A stretch of 62,147 nucleotides of DNA, filler included, from Dicyema japonicum (lineage: Eukaryota > Animalia > Dicyemida): the NCBI GenBank assembly GCA_011109175.1. It is 7 parts of 7 records of this genome, joined end to end, with 100 filler letters (N's around TTAATTAATTAA, not from the genome) between each part and the next. Parts side by side here need not be neighbours in the genome. Positions count along the whole stretch, not along the records: positions 29,484 to 38,987 come from RDEW01000084.1; positions 39,088 to 42,411 come from RDEW01000341.1; positions 42,512 to 45,461 come from RDEW01000092.1; positions 45,562 to 49,901 come from RDEW01000002.1; 3 more parts are not named here. One strand, written 5' to 3'. The position numbers and the translations under genes are program-made. Below, piece after piece: positions 34,453 to 47,465 of this stretch (positions within the stretch are counted from its first letter, which is position 1; each line of letters opens with the position of its first letter). Under the pieces are notes generated by a model that was not told the origin of the DNA, did no database searches, and worked only from the letters and a program-made list of their open reading frames with translations.

Positions 34453-36454
34453 ATGAAAATAAGCGAATTAAAAATGATAATTGGAGGTCTTGTTATTTTA
34501 GCCTTGTCAATTTCCATTGCTCTTGGCATAGATACTATACTTATCCATAGAAAAGTGAAGTGCTTAAATATACTTATAAAGTAGACTGAGAATATCCATG
34601 GTGCTGTGAACAGCAGCAGTCCACTGTGTTCCTCGTATGGACGTAGTATTTTGAAGGAGGGAGGTTCTGCGGTTGATGCCGCTATTTCTATTGCTCTCTG
34701 CATCGGAGTAGTAAACGCCCACAGTTCTGGAATCGGAGGGTTGATTTTTTGTGACCTTTCATTAGTAGGGGAGCCTTTATTGTAGTCCGAGATTCGGCAG
34801 GAAACGTTAAGGTGTTTGATGCACGGGAAACAGCCCCAGCTGCCTCCAAAAAGGATATGTTCGATAATAGTACTTCTCGCGAGGGTGGACTGGCAGTTGG
34901 AGTCCCAGGATTTCTTAAAGGGATCTTCCGAGTCCACCAAATCTATGGAAGGTATTTTTGTCGAATCAATAAAAATAGAAATCAATGGAAAACACTATTC
35001 AAAAACGTGATTGAACTTTGTGACGAAGGAGTAGAGATCTCCCAACCAATGGGTTTTTACTGTGTTCTAACCAATTAGCGAAGGCAATTAACACAAAAAT
35101 CTCCATTCAGGAAATCCGATATACCCGTCAACTCGGCAGCATCTATTCCTCAAATATTAGCAATACTTGTTGTGTTAAAAAAGAAGGAGAAAAAGTCAAA
35201 CTGACGGAATTGGCAACTACTCTCAGTATCATTGCATCTGAAGGGATTAAACCATTTTATGAAGGAGAAATCGCTGATAACATCATTTCCGCGGTATATC
35301 AGTCTCTCTGATTGCCAAAGGTGGGTCAAAATGGGGGGATTATGACAAAACAAGATCTCGAAAATTATAAAATCATTGAAGAAAACCCGATTGTTGTTAA
35401 AATTCGAGGTTTACGGTAATTTTTAAATTCTAAGAAAGCACCATTTACTCGATGCCGCCTCCCAGCATTTCAAGTTTTGTTTTCGCGGTTTTGAAAATTT
35501 TGGAAAAATTTGAACTCAAAGACGAGGACTTTGAGAATCCTGAAACATATAGGAAAATTTTGGAGGTTTCCTGTACTGGGCATTATATAGACTTTTCGAT
35601 ACGCTTATTTGGGGGTTGAGAACTTTGGCGACATGGGGGATTCAGGGACGGAGGAGTTAAATCAAGTTTTAAGGTTTTATCCTGTAAATGAGGTTAGCGA
35701 TGAGTTTTTTGAAGAAGTGTACAAAAAAGTTCTTAAGGGTACAGTCGAAGACGGACTAGTCTCTACCAATCCTTCATTCCGCGAAGACAGCGTCGGCACT
35801 TCAGATATTTCCGTAATCGACGAGACCGGCCAAACTGTGTCGATTACATCGTTATCATTATTACCAAAAATGGTATTTCAGGTCTATTAATCGGTATTTC
35901 GGGTCACATGTAATGACTCGAGATGGAATAATCCTCAACAATCACATGGATGATTTTTCCAGTGGTTCAGATAACCTCAATTTTACAGTTTGTAATTTTT
36001 CGTTATAATCAGAACAATTTACCATTGCCTGGTCATCGCCCAATTTCTGTAATGTCCCCTCTGATAATCAAGGATGAATCAAGTGGGAAAATATTTAGTT
36101 TGGGTGGAACCAATGGGACTCGAATTGTTACTGGTTTATTTTTCCGCAAAACAGAAAGGACTTGCAAACGTCCTCATAAATATTTTTATTCGCGGATATA
36201 GTTTAGAGAAAGCTATTGAAGCTCCGAGGTTACACGTCTTGAGTAGCCCGAGGGTATTTTACGAAGGTAGTACGTTTTATGAATACTTTTTAGATGGGTT
36301 TAAACCGCATATATTAGAGGGACTTGGAGGAATGGGGTACGAGATGATACATTCGACTGAAGGTATCAATATTGTCAACGGTGTCTGCGTCGACGGGAAT
36401 AAATTTGAAGCTCATGGAGAAACTAGGAAATTTGGAAAAGGAATCGCTTTTTAA
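34453..36454 (+). CDS. GGT: Gamma-glutamyltranspeptidase (glutathione hydrolase), type II membrane-anchored, multi-exon
   Basis: N-terminal TM segment, [60 protein letters not shown] (after intron), [10 protein letters not shown] and AIEAPRLH. Confidence 0.93.
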
Positions 36455-37379
36455 TTAGTTGAATATTTTATTAATTCTTATTTGTTCATTTTCCAACTAA
36501 TAAAGCATATCAAAATTTCAGTTTGCTAAAAACACGAAATGTCTTTTAGAAAGGACGCGCAAGTAAGATTTGTAAATTGACTGTTGTTTTAAATATTTGT
36601 CATAAATAATTAAAAAAAACTTTATTAAATTAACTAACATTTAACTTTTTCGAAACCCAAACCCTTAGGCGAATTAAAAAATGACCCTAACCCCGACTTT
36701 AGAAATAAACAAAAAATGTATTCTAAACAAAAAATGTATTCTACACATACATTTATTCTTTAAATTTCCGGAACTCCCGTTCAATCACCTTTAAATCATT
36801 CTAATTCTCCGTTATCTAATGTCCGGTTTGTGTTATTTCGATATTACCACAGGTTATACGTTAAAATGCTTCAAGTTAAAATAATTCCTTTTACAGGTAT
36901 TGCGTTTTAAGTTCTCAATCCAATAAATCATACAGAAATGCTCAAAAGTATACGAAAAAAATGGAAAACCAGAATGGAAAAGAACAATCTCAAAAGCGAA
37001 ATAGAATATTGGACGAAGGATTACAAATATGCACGACCAGTTATTCCAGCTGTTTATTAAGAATTACCAACTCACTATTTACTTACAATTAACTAAACTA
37101 AATATTATAACTCCAGTTGGCTCAATTGAACAGNNNNNNNNNNNNNNNNNNNNNNNNNNNNNNNNNNNNNNNNNNNNNNNNNNNNNNNNNNNNNNNNNNN
37201 NNNNNNNNNNNNNNNNNNNNNNNNNNNNNNNNNNNNNNNNNNNNNNNNNNNNNNNNNNNNNNNNNNNNNNNNNNNNNNNNNNNNNNNNNNNNNNNNNNNN
37301 NNNNNNNNNNNNNNNNNNNNNNNNNNNNNNNNNNNNNNNNNNNNNNNNNNNNNNNNNNNNNNNNNNNNNNNNNNNNNNN

Positions 37380-37756
37380 TGTCCACCTTTCCCTACGAGC
37401 AGGGGAAATCTCTTATTTGGGACTCCACTTGCTCAGATACATTCTCGCGCGGAAATCTCGCTTTGTCCGCTGCTGATCCTGGGCACGCTTCGAGGCTCGC
37501 CGAGGATCGTAAGATTCACAAGTACGGCCACCTTTCGAACTCGCTTTTTTTTACTCCAATCGCTTTGGAGTCTTCCGGGATCTTCGGCCCCAAGACGCTT
37601 CGCTTCCTTCGCTCGCTCGGTCGACGGATATCAAGGATAAGACACGACTCCAGAGAGTCATCTTGGCTCTTGGAACGTCTGTCGATCGCTGTGATCCGTG
37701 GGAATGGCTTTGCTATTCGCGAGGCTGGCCGACCGCCTTGTGAGGCCATTAGCTAG
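37380..37756 (+). mobile_element. CRE-clade LINE 3' fragment
   Basis: AEDRKIHKY, FTPIALESSGIFGP and LERLSIAVIRGNG. Confidence 0.88.
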
Positions 37757-37797
37757 TTCAACTCTCCCCTGTTTTGTTCGGTTTTTGAAANNNNNNN

Positions 37798-37903
37798 GGC
37801 GGATTCGAGAATCTTTCATAGGAAATTCAATATTTTTGACTAAAACAAGCGGATTCGAGAAACGGCGGGTTCGAGAAGCAGCGGATTCGAGAGATTTTAC
37901 TGT
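37798..37903. mobile_element. pogo/Tigger right terminal inverted repeat
   Basis: GCGGATTCGAGA repeats ending GATTTTACTG|TA (reverse complement TA|CAGTAAAATCTC). Confidence 0.8.
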
Positions 37904-38210
37904 ATTTGATATTGATTATTCAGTAATTGATTAATCAATTAATCAGTTTTCCGGACTGATTACAATTGCATGAATCTATTTTATATCGGCTTTGATCATC
38001 AAAAAACATAAACCTACGATAATATAAATCAAAATATTGAATTATAAAAAAATCATATGTTAATTTATTATATAAAAATATTTTTGTAGGAAAACATACA
38101 AATATCCTCCAACTTTAATACTTTAAGATTAATAAAACATGTCAATTTATTCTATCAAAATTTTTTTTTAAATAGTAAAAGATTATAAATACAATCAGTT
38201 CTAATTTCTT

Positions 38211-38911
38211 ATGATTCTTGTTGGATTTATGTTAATAAAATTATAATAGACCTTCTTAATATTCAATTCCTTTGTCATTTCTAAAAATGTTGATGTCGAA
38301 ATCACTAAAGAAAATCAAGATGGACAGGTCATCGAAATATCCGCCTCGGGAAACGTGCAATCTGTCATAGAAAGGCTGAGAAATTTCAAGAAATCTATTC
38401 TGGACATTGTAAGAACATACAAACCAATTTAGTTTTATCCCAATTCTGGTCTCTCTGATGCAGTCGACATTACCACGGATATTCTCAGCTCTTACACACC
38501 AGGTAAATAATCTCGTATCAATTCTTAGAGAATGAAGCGAACATTCCAAAAAAGGACCGGCCAATCGACAGTCCATCTGTGGAATATCCAAGTGGGATCG
38601 AAAATGACTCTGGTGAGTATCCCATTTACCGGTCAAAGTTAGAGAATTTCCTGGCATGGGTTAGTAGAGATTATGTAATTTCCAAGGTCCATATCAACCG
38701 TAATCCAATCGTGATTGGATTGTCCGCTTTTTGTCTCTTTTTGGTGCTCATTGTGGTCGTGAGTGGATACATAAAAATGAGAAGGTCGCGAAAAGTTGGT
38801 TTTGAAGTTCTACTTGTTCTTAGGACTATGATCGACTGAACGATGACATTGATTCCATCGATAAACAGAAACTGGTTAATTATGTTTGTTCATTCTTCAT
38901 AGGAGGCATAA
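38211..38911 (+). CDS. Type I membrane protein, TGN38/TGN46-like architecture
   Basis: Six micro-introns (first 38220-38249) give MILTFLIFNSFVIS (signal), an acidic luminal region, TM PIVIGLSAFCLFLVLIVVVSGYI, and tail KMRRSRKDYDRLNDDIDSIDKQKLEA* containing YxxL. Confidence 0.7.
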
Positions 38912-39249
38912 TTAATTACACTTAACATTTCCTCGGTTATACTAATCATGATTTCTATTAATCTGATTTTGGGTTTTATAAGCTGAANNNNNNNNNNNNN
39001 NNNNNNNNNNNNNNNNNNNNNNNNNNNNNNNTTAATTAATTAANNNNNNNNNNNNNNNNNNNNNNNNNNNNNNNNNNNNNNNNNNNNAGATTTTGTTAAA
39101 TTAATTGTAAAATCAATATTTAGAAGTTTGTCCTTTATTGCAAATAACTTCGTCAATTCTTTTAAGCATGGATTTGTATAATAATTGTATATATTAATTT
39201 TCCATAGTGTTCCAAATATTTTGAGCGATTATCCACAGTTCTGAAACTG

Positions 39250-39790
39250 TTTTGGACTTTTATCTTTTATTTTTTATTTTAGATACTCACAACAAGTCTC
39301 AATAATAGTTATCCATAGCTATTTTAGCAAAACGTCATCAGGCTCATTTGAAGGATGTGACAAAGACACCATCTTGATTCCAGACTTAATGGTCTTGTAT
39401 TACATACTTGTATAGATTCTTGTTTGTAATTTTTTTTCGCGCCAGTTGATGCAATCTACAACACGGAGTTGCTTTACGATGGATAGGCATCTAGTTTGTC
39501 AAATTACGCTTCAGAGACCACCCCAGGTTGGCGCGTTTGTACATTAGGACTGGTTTCACGAAGCATTGTATAGTCTTACACGTAATTGTGTGCTAATTTG
39601 TTTACGATGATTCTATCAACTTCCCATTTTTCTAAGGCCGCGACGGCCAACATCTACCTGTTAGTGATATCCTCAGCGTCTCCGAGCAACGACCTCAATT
39701 TTTTACAGTATCTCCATTTTTCATCAGTTCGGGTTAGTTTACAAGTATGGTAGTTGTGTCCGTCATTTCCGTATTGATTTGATGAACCAT
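39250..39790 (-). mobile_element. Probable degenerate Tc1/mariner remnant
   Basis: WNQDGV and HPSNEPD resemble FQQDGA and WPxxSPD motifs; many stops. Confidence 0.35.
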
Positions 39791-42511
39791 TTTTCTAGGA
39801 CATCTGCATCTTTTGGTATATAGTTTAATGTTTTCTCGTCGCAGTGTTATCCTATGATATTTCTTATCTTCTCAAACGCCATTTTTTGATAATCAATACA
39901 AACTCTATTCAGACAAGTGGAAAAATTCAATGTACTTGTCATAAAAGCGGAAAAATTAGCAAAAAAGAACCAATTGGAATAAGCCAAATAGTAATTCAGT
40001 GGATGAGACGATTGTCAACCTTGGAATGATATTAAACAAAATGAAGGTAATGTCGCTTCTCTCAAATCGGCTATACAAATCTTTCTAATAACTTAATTAA
40101 GGAATGACATTATTTTAATATTTTTTATTACAATGGTTTGTAGGAGGCCAGCAGCTATTAAATTTGGACGCAGCAGATGTTGGTCGCTCTTATAGATCGG
40201 TCAGTCCCGCATTGTAGACGAACGTAGTGCTAATTCATGACATTCAAATAGGTTAATTTGTTGTCAACGCGTAGTAAATAGGGTGATGCCACATCGTTGA
40301 CCGAGCCGTCTACTCAGATATCCCTCGAAGAGTTCAATTCTGATTGGTCTATTGGCCAGTGTAGTATTTTATTAGTTTTCGAGTTCTGATGTTTTCTCGT
40401 AGAAACGTCGTATCTTTTTCCTCTTTCACCACCCTATCACCTATTTTGAATGACATGCCCTCCTGACCCCAATATCCCTATTATCGTCTGTACATTGTTT
40501 TTTGTTGCTCTCTCTGATCAGATTTCTTGGCGGTTAGGCATCCACCATATCTGGCACATATGTGAGGACGAGCCATTTAATCAATTCATTGTGTTCCCAG
40601 TAGATTCTCCACAATCCTCCAGAACTCCCTTATAAAAAACATGTGGAAAACACTTAGAAGCTTTATTAACGCTGAAAACACGGCTATGTGATGAAATGGA
40701 CAACAAGATCTTCCTAAACAAACTTATGAAGTACTACGCCTCCACGAGTTTCATTACACACAAGAAATTCGAAGGTCCATCCATCCTTGCCCTCAAACCT
40801 AAAAGAGCCACCTCTCCGATTGTTTTTCTCTGTGGAGAACGTACAGAATATGGTAAACTCAGATCCAATGGAGAAAGAGGATGTCTATTCTCCAAAGATA
40901 AATTGACTTCTGGGGTGACAAAAGAACGGTCTCGTTTGAAAACAATGTCTTTACAGATCCCCGGACGTTACCATCTATTACCATGGAAGCAACCGAATCT
41001 ATAGAGTAAACTCTTTGTTTCCATGATAAAGACTCTTGAGAGGGAAAAGGAAAAATTCCCATATGAATAGATTTTTTAAGGTTTGTTGCACAGAGACTCC
41101 TCAATAATTATATCCAATCCTAGTGAAATTAGGGGAAGAGAAAGAAAATCTTAAAGAATAAAATTTGAAAAATGAAAAATAAAATCTAGAGATTCCCGTT
41201 ATGTTGGGTCAAAGGAATTTCCCATGTCTTTTTCATACATATCCTCGAGGACACATAGTCTATAAGAAAGTTTCACTTTGTAGATATCCAATATAATTCA
41301 AACTATCTTCCAAAATCATGTCAACACTTCTTGTACGGCTGTCCTCACGTGCTGGCAGTAAACTATCCAAATTTTCGAGGATAGCAGCAACTGAAAGATC
41401 ATTTCTAGTTCAAAGATATCATCATCCGTAATTTGTCTGATTTCTGGATACATTTTGTAATTTGCGTAATTTCTTTATTTATATGCGTATCTTATGTTAA
41501 TCGATTATGCAATTCTGATGATAGCCAGACTCGTATTTGTGCAACAGGAGTCGAAAACGAAAACGGAAAGTTGTATATCCGACATTCTTTAATTCAAATC
41601 TTAGTGTATTTGATGTCTCTTTTTCCTTTATTTCGTCCATGGACAGAAAAGGTAGGAGATGTAAGGCATTTTATGTCGCAGTATTGAATTTTAGAAATTG
41701 CTAGCTAATCTTATGTATGTGGTTAAGAAATAAGGGTAAGAATGATAACATGGCTTTTTGCGATAAGATGACTCACTTAGGAAAGTCTATATTTGATGTT
41801 AAACAGTTTATTAATAAACGTTAAAGAAACAATTCGAGACCGTTAGTCGCCTTGACTGCGTGGTTAGTCCCCAGGATTGTGGGTGACAATTCGTTCAAAT
41901 ACCTAGCAGCCAGTCATGTCGAAATCCGATTTCCTAGTCGATCCACGAATTCAAATGTTTTGAAAGTATAGTGGAACAAGACGTTTCTAAAATCTTAAAC
42001 TCATCTCTGTTATCAGGTCTTTTATTAATTTGGTGATCAATGAGTGACATGTTGGTTCTGAAATTTTTTTTTTTGTGGAAGCTTTATAGACAAATATGCC
42101 AAACGAAAAATTCAAACATATACTGATGAACGAATTAGTGTCCTAAGCAAATCTCATAGACAATATTATGGATAAAGTATGCCCAGCGTATTCATTTTAA
42201 AACTGACAGTAATATTTCGAAAGCAGTGAGAGTGATCCATCACTGTCAATCATCACAAAAAAAGAATCTATTACATCAAAGTTAACTAAGGCCAATTATT
42301 AGCAATTAACAAGTGATAATTAACTATTACAGTCCCGTGCAAATGTTACCGTCAAGGTCAAGTAATTTATAAGTATGTTACCGCCACTTTACTCAAAAAA
42401 GAGTGAATCCGNNNNNNNNNNNNNNNNNNNNNNNNNNNNNNNNNNNNNNNNNNNNTTAATTAATTAANNNNNNNNNNNNNNNNNNNNNNNNNNNNNNNNN
42501 NNNNNNNNNNN

Positions 42512-43160
42512 TCTGTGGACGCTGAATCGATGGTTATCTGTCTTTAAGCTGATTTATGGCTGGTCTCCGACATGAAATAACAACTTGACTTTAAAAAATG
42601 TTTCTTCCTTTGCGATGGCAACACCCCGAAGGGATAACGATATTCCCATTCGCTAATGGTCGAAACATTGCTTGCGGTGTTCACATGTTAAAAATACTCT
42701 CCAAAAAATTTGGTTGGAATCCAGTTTATGACACGAGGATCATCAAAATCGCTAGATCTCGTACGCTGAGAAAAATAACAGGAACTACTTGGCCCACGAG
42801 AAATCGAGAAATACTTTATTTAAGAGATGTAGCACTATACCTATCAGTTTAGAATTACTGGAATCCCGAAGGAAGCTCTTCGGACACGTGCTGAGGATGG
42901 AATTAACATCCCCACCTAACAAATCTATGGAAACATACTATGTTAGTCAAGAAGGCCGCTATCGTCGAAGACCAAATACAACAATGTTAACAGTTTTACA
43001 AAAAAAAACCTGGTTAAAATTAAAAGAAATTTAAAAACTGCCGACAACCTTGACACTATGAGAGCTTTGGCTAAAAACAGAGGAGCATAGAAAAGGATGA
43101 CATCTAACATTGTTTTTTTGCTGTACATGGTTCTCGTGAAATGCTTAATTAATAATAAAT
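42512..43160 (+). mobile_element. RTE-like LINE 3' fragment, family A
   Basis: LESRRKLFGHVLRME...PPNKSM...RYRRRPNTTM, LDTMRALAKNRGA, ending TTAATTAATAATAA. Confidence 0.8.
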
Positions 43161-43549
43161 TAGTCTAGTGCGATTAACTCAAGAAAAATTAAAGAAAATA
43201 AAGAAAATCATTAATAATCTTGACAGATGGATATTACTCCACTTGACATACCTCATGTTAAGAAACTTTATTAAAAATTTATTTAGACGAAGAAAAGTCT
43301 TATATTTACTCGGTACAAAAACTACGGCTTTTTGTAAAGAAAAACATGAATTAGTGCTAAAAAAACAGAGGTACATCTTAAAATCACAATTTCTTAGTCA
43401 GGACATAATTATAATCACTTCACTGAAACTTCGTTTTCGACAATACGACATGTTTGTTATGCCAATATTGCTATGCAATTCAGGAACATGGGTATACCTG
43501 GAACTATGGTCCACATGGATGGTGGCAACTCTGAAATAATGATTATATG

Positions 43550-44990
43550 TTGTGTTGTTTAATTAAGTCGTGTCCTTGGAGATCGCATGAACGAGTTTCC
43601 TCCACTCTCCACGATCCGTTGCAATTTGGAGTAGCCTTGATATAGGAATTCCCGTGACCTCCTCCACCGTGGATAGCTATCAAGTCTTTGGTCGGCCAGG
43701 TCTTTTCTTCCGAGTGATATTGCTCAGCATAATGGTTCTTTCCAGGGAATCAGAGCGGACAACATGCCCAATAAACGCCAATCTGTGTTTTACGATTCTT
43801 CCTTCTAGCGAAATGTCCGTTTCCACCCGTTTGAGTACATCAATGTTTGTTAATTTAAAAGTCCAATTGATTCTTAGTAACCTCCACCAGTACCCAGCTC
43901 AAAAGCATCAATTTTTCGTCTATCCACCTTTTTCAGTATCCATGATTCTGCGCGGAATAGGAAAACCGGTAACACGATTACATTAACCAGTCTGCATTTG
44001 GTCCTTAAGCAAATATCTTTGCTTTTCCAAATTCTATTCATTCTCTGGAAGGTGTCTCGTTCCATGGCAATTCTTTTCTTGATTTACAAACCTCCGTCAT
44101 TATTCCGATTAATTAGACATCCCAGAAAGACAAAATTATCTCAAATCTCTTGTTTCTTATTCCCAATTTTTAGTTCCATTAATGGCAGTAGTCATAATTT
44201 TGTTCTTCTTGATATTTAGCAATAAACCAAAGACGACGCTCTATTCTCTGAATTTTAGAATCAACTCCCTGAGCCATCCTCTGTTTCACCAGTAAGGTTG
44301 CATCGTCACATAGCGCAAATTATTGATGTTGCTCTCCAATTTTAATCCCTTTTTTGAAATAGTATCCAATTTAGCCATGATCATTTCGGCATAAATATTG
44401 AATAGGATGGGAGATAAGCATCCTTGTCTTACTCTTTTACAAATTTTGAACCAATCGGTATCTCCATACACTGTTCTAATAGTAACTTTTGATCCTTATA
44501 AAGAGATTTGATAAGCAATATCAGATGGGCATCGAATCCAAATTCTTTTAAAGCGGACCACAGCTTGTCATGTATAACGGAATCATAGTTAATGAAGCAC
44601 ATGCATACACTCTTTTGGGATTCATGAGCTTTCTCCATAATCCACCGGACATTTGCTATATGGTCACGTGTGCCTCGTCCCTTCCTGAATCCTGCTTGGA
44701 CATCCGGTAGAATCATTTGGCATTTGGCATTAGACGATGTTCTATTATCTTTAGAAGTATTTTGCTGACGAAAAGATTAAGTATTTATCTAAAAGTAAGG
44801 TTGAAGGTAGACTATAGATTGATTCACAATTTTGAAATATTAGAGCATCTTTCCAAACATGTATTATGTGACATGCTGGACTGGTTGCCTTGCTGGACCG
44901 GTTACCATCATTTTTCGTTTGCAATCTGACAGCAGCCACATTTAAGCGATAAAGAATATTTAAATTATTTTTTCGTATTTTTAATCTCAT
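43550..44990 (-). mobile_element. RTE (BovB-like) LINE RT and 3' end, frameshifted
   Basis: QAGFRKGRGTRDHIANVRWIMEKAHE, VRQGCLSPILFNIYAE, IWKSKDICLRTKCRLV and DRGEWRKLVHAISK. Confidence 0.92.
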
Positions 44991-45561
44991 TATTGGACAA
45001 GGATATGTGCTTAAAGATGTAAGGGCCTTTCTTTTAATTTATAGGTTAAACATTGGAGTCAACTGATATTTTAAACTACCAATTCAAGATGCTCACCAAA
45101 CGGCAGCATCCTTGACTCCCTGTGTAAATAACTTTGATATTTTAAACCTTAAATTTTACTAAAATTTAATTTATCTGTCAACCAACGTGTGACAATTCTA
45201 CGATTTGTAATCACGAGAAAGCAATTAACACTGGTTCAAAACACATTTAACCAAAATTGGAAGAATTCAGAAATTCAACTGTCGTTTAATAATATTGTGA
45301 TTAACACGTGGATGAAATGACTGACTCACATCGGAAATTCGATTTTTGAACTCCCAGCTGCACGAATATTCTGTGCTACCTAAAATTGAAGTGTATAAGG
45401 GATTACTGTCTAAAGTCTCATGTATATGCTGATGATAATTAAAAATGAATTTTTGTAGCGTNNNNNNNNNNNNNNNNNNNNNNNNNNNNNNNNNNNNNNN
45501 NNNNNTTAATTAATTAANNNNNNNNNNNNNNNNNNNNNNNNNNNNNNNNNNNNNNNNNNNN

Positions 45562-45866
45562 AACTCATAAATATTTTTGCTAATATCTTGGGACTAATAA
45601 TGAGTGACCGTCCCTCTAATCCGAGATCAGGTCGGACTAATAACGAGTCACTTATCAGGCTGTACACACTGCCAATAGTCTTACAAAAAGACCTGGTCAG
45701 TATAAAAAAAAACCTAACAAATGCCGACGACCTGGACAGCATGAGAGCCTTGGCTAGGAACAGGGGAGCATGGAAAAGGATGACATCTAACCTTGTTTCT
45801 TTTGCTGCACATGCGGGGCTATAATTAGTATGGCTCTTGTGAAGTGCTTAAATAATAATAATAATT
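45562..45866 (+). mobile_element. RTE-like LINE 3' end, family A, with (TAA)n tail
   Basis: RPRSGRT...LPIVLQKDL, DDLDSMRALARNRGAWKRM, tail AAATAATAATAATAATT. Confidence 0.8.
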
Positions 45867-45877
45867 ATCAGGCTGTC

Positions 45878-46045
45878 ATGAGAAGAAGGTGTTTTAACAG
45901 AGATATCGAAGAAATCTTAAAAAATATGTTTAATAAGGGCATTTATCTGTCCAAATCAGAGATTCAAGAAGTTGCAAAAAACTTTGGTTTGCCGGAGTGT
46001 ACTGTAAGGATTTGGTTATCTNATAATAACAGGACTAATACTTAA
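45878..46045 (+). CDS. Divergent homeodomain-like ORF (possibly truncated)
   Basis: MRRRCFNRDIEEILKNMFNKGIYLSKSEIQEVAKNFGLPECTVRIWLSXNNR fits the pattern RRRT.F....L..L...F....Y.S......LA...GL....V.IWF.N.R. Confidence 0.6.
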   Translation: MRRRCFNRDIEEILKNMFNKGIYLSKSEIQEVAKNFGLPECTVRIWLSXNNRTNT

Positions 46046-47139
46046 AAAAATTATCCACATCTGAGTAATCCGTAGTGACTCAGTTCAAGGAGATGAAAAA
46101 TCAATCATCTTAACGATTGAATATAGTTCCAAGAAAAGAGGAATATGAGGCCAGCTAGATCTGAGGGAAGCCGACATCAAACCCGATGTGGTAGACGAAT
46201 AGAATTGTTTGTTCACAGAATTGGTCATTGAATTTTAGGTTCGTAAGACGTTTGATAGTAATAGATTTTCAAAAAGCAAGATACACAGAGAAGTAAGTGG
46301 TTCATTTTTTGATTTGATAGAGCGTTTCTCAAAAAAGGGATGTATACGCATCTAGTATTTCCTGACATGCGAATTGCATCTTTAGATGTTCTTTTGAATT
46401 AGGAAGTCGACGACTACTCCCTAAGTGACGGATTATCCGAATACTTTGAGCTTTTGGAGTGAGTTTTTGGGAATAACATAAAGGAACAAAGAAAGAAAAA
46501 TCCAAAATTGGTGATCGCACATTTTGCGACTGAAGTTCTGTAATTAAGATATAGCAATGTCAAAATGGTAAAAAAATATAAAAAATTTTCTAAAGTTTTT
46601 TTTTAAATCCCAATTAGTTCAATCCGAAATATTATTAAGAATTGAAAAAATCATTTATTTATTTTTATTAAAAAAATGTTAAAAAAGCACTTAATTTAGG
46701 GAGTTTGAATGACCATAATGTTTCCTCTGACGATTGCTATCGAGATAAATAACTAACGTTTACCACGTGGTGCCATGTGGCGCTATGTGGCTATAATTTT
46801 CCCTCCCTTCGATGGTGTCATTGGATCCACCTTATTGAGGAGACGCCCAATGCCTGGTCGGCATCAAGAGGATCCACTATTCTTTCTCCGGAGACAATGT
46901 CGTTACCTGGAGACAAGTTCTGGAACGCTGGAACAAGTCAAGATCAAAGAGTTAGTTAGTTTGGTTACTCTTGGTCTTTGGAATAATTTTTAATTTTTTT
47001 GATAGCTATCGAGATACACTCTCGAAGTCGCCTACAGGTGAGTTGTCCCTTAGCCTTTTGAACTATACAGAAATAGTTAAATGAATATTTAAAAAGGATT
47101 TGAACTAATATCTTTTCTGGTTGAGGTGGTGACGACACC

Positions 47140-47465
47140 TCTATTGCACTATGTCTTATTCGTATTCCTTACCGACTTCTCCGTTCACTCTTAGATCTTT
47201 CAAATGCAGAGGACTTATGCAACCTTACAAGAAACACCAACTGGTATGCGATCTAAACAAATATTACGTCTCTGTCTACAAGAGACAAAAACGACCGTGC
47301 AATGTACAGGACTGTTTGGAAAGTTCCACCTTTTTGTCCTCTCGTCGGCTTGCTGACATTATGGTCTCGGATTTGCAGTCCATCAGGACCTGATTCACTA
47401 CGCACAAGAGTGTGGACATCATCTGATATTATAATGGAAATGGCGGACGACCTGGACTACCTAAG
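47140..47465 (+). mobile_element. RTE-like LINE 3' region, family B
   Basis: Reverse-complement homolog of 21620-21960; cut by gap. Confidence 0.75.

Noticed and set aside
34428-34985. Antisense ORFs over GGT, the LINEs and IFT122 (e.g. 34428-34985, 9812-10078, 56255-56548)
   Set aside because: These are shadow frames of genuine coding sequence on the opposite strand.
40400-41100. GC-richer island with ORFs of 60-100 aa
   Set aside because: No recognisable motif in any frame. It is probably a decayed retroelement but cannot be supported.
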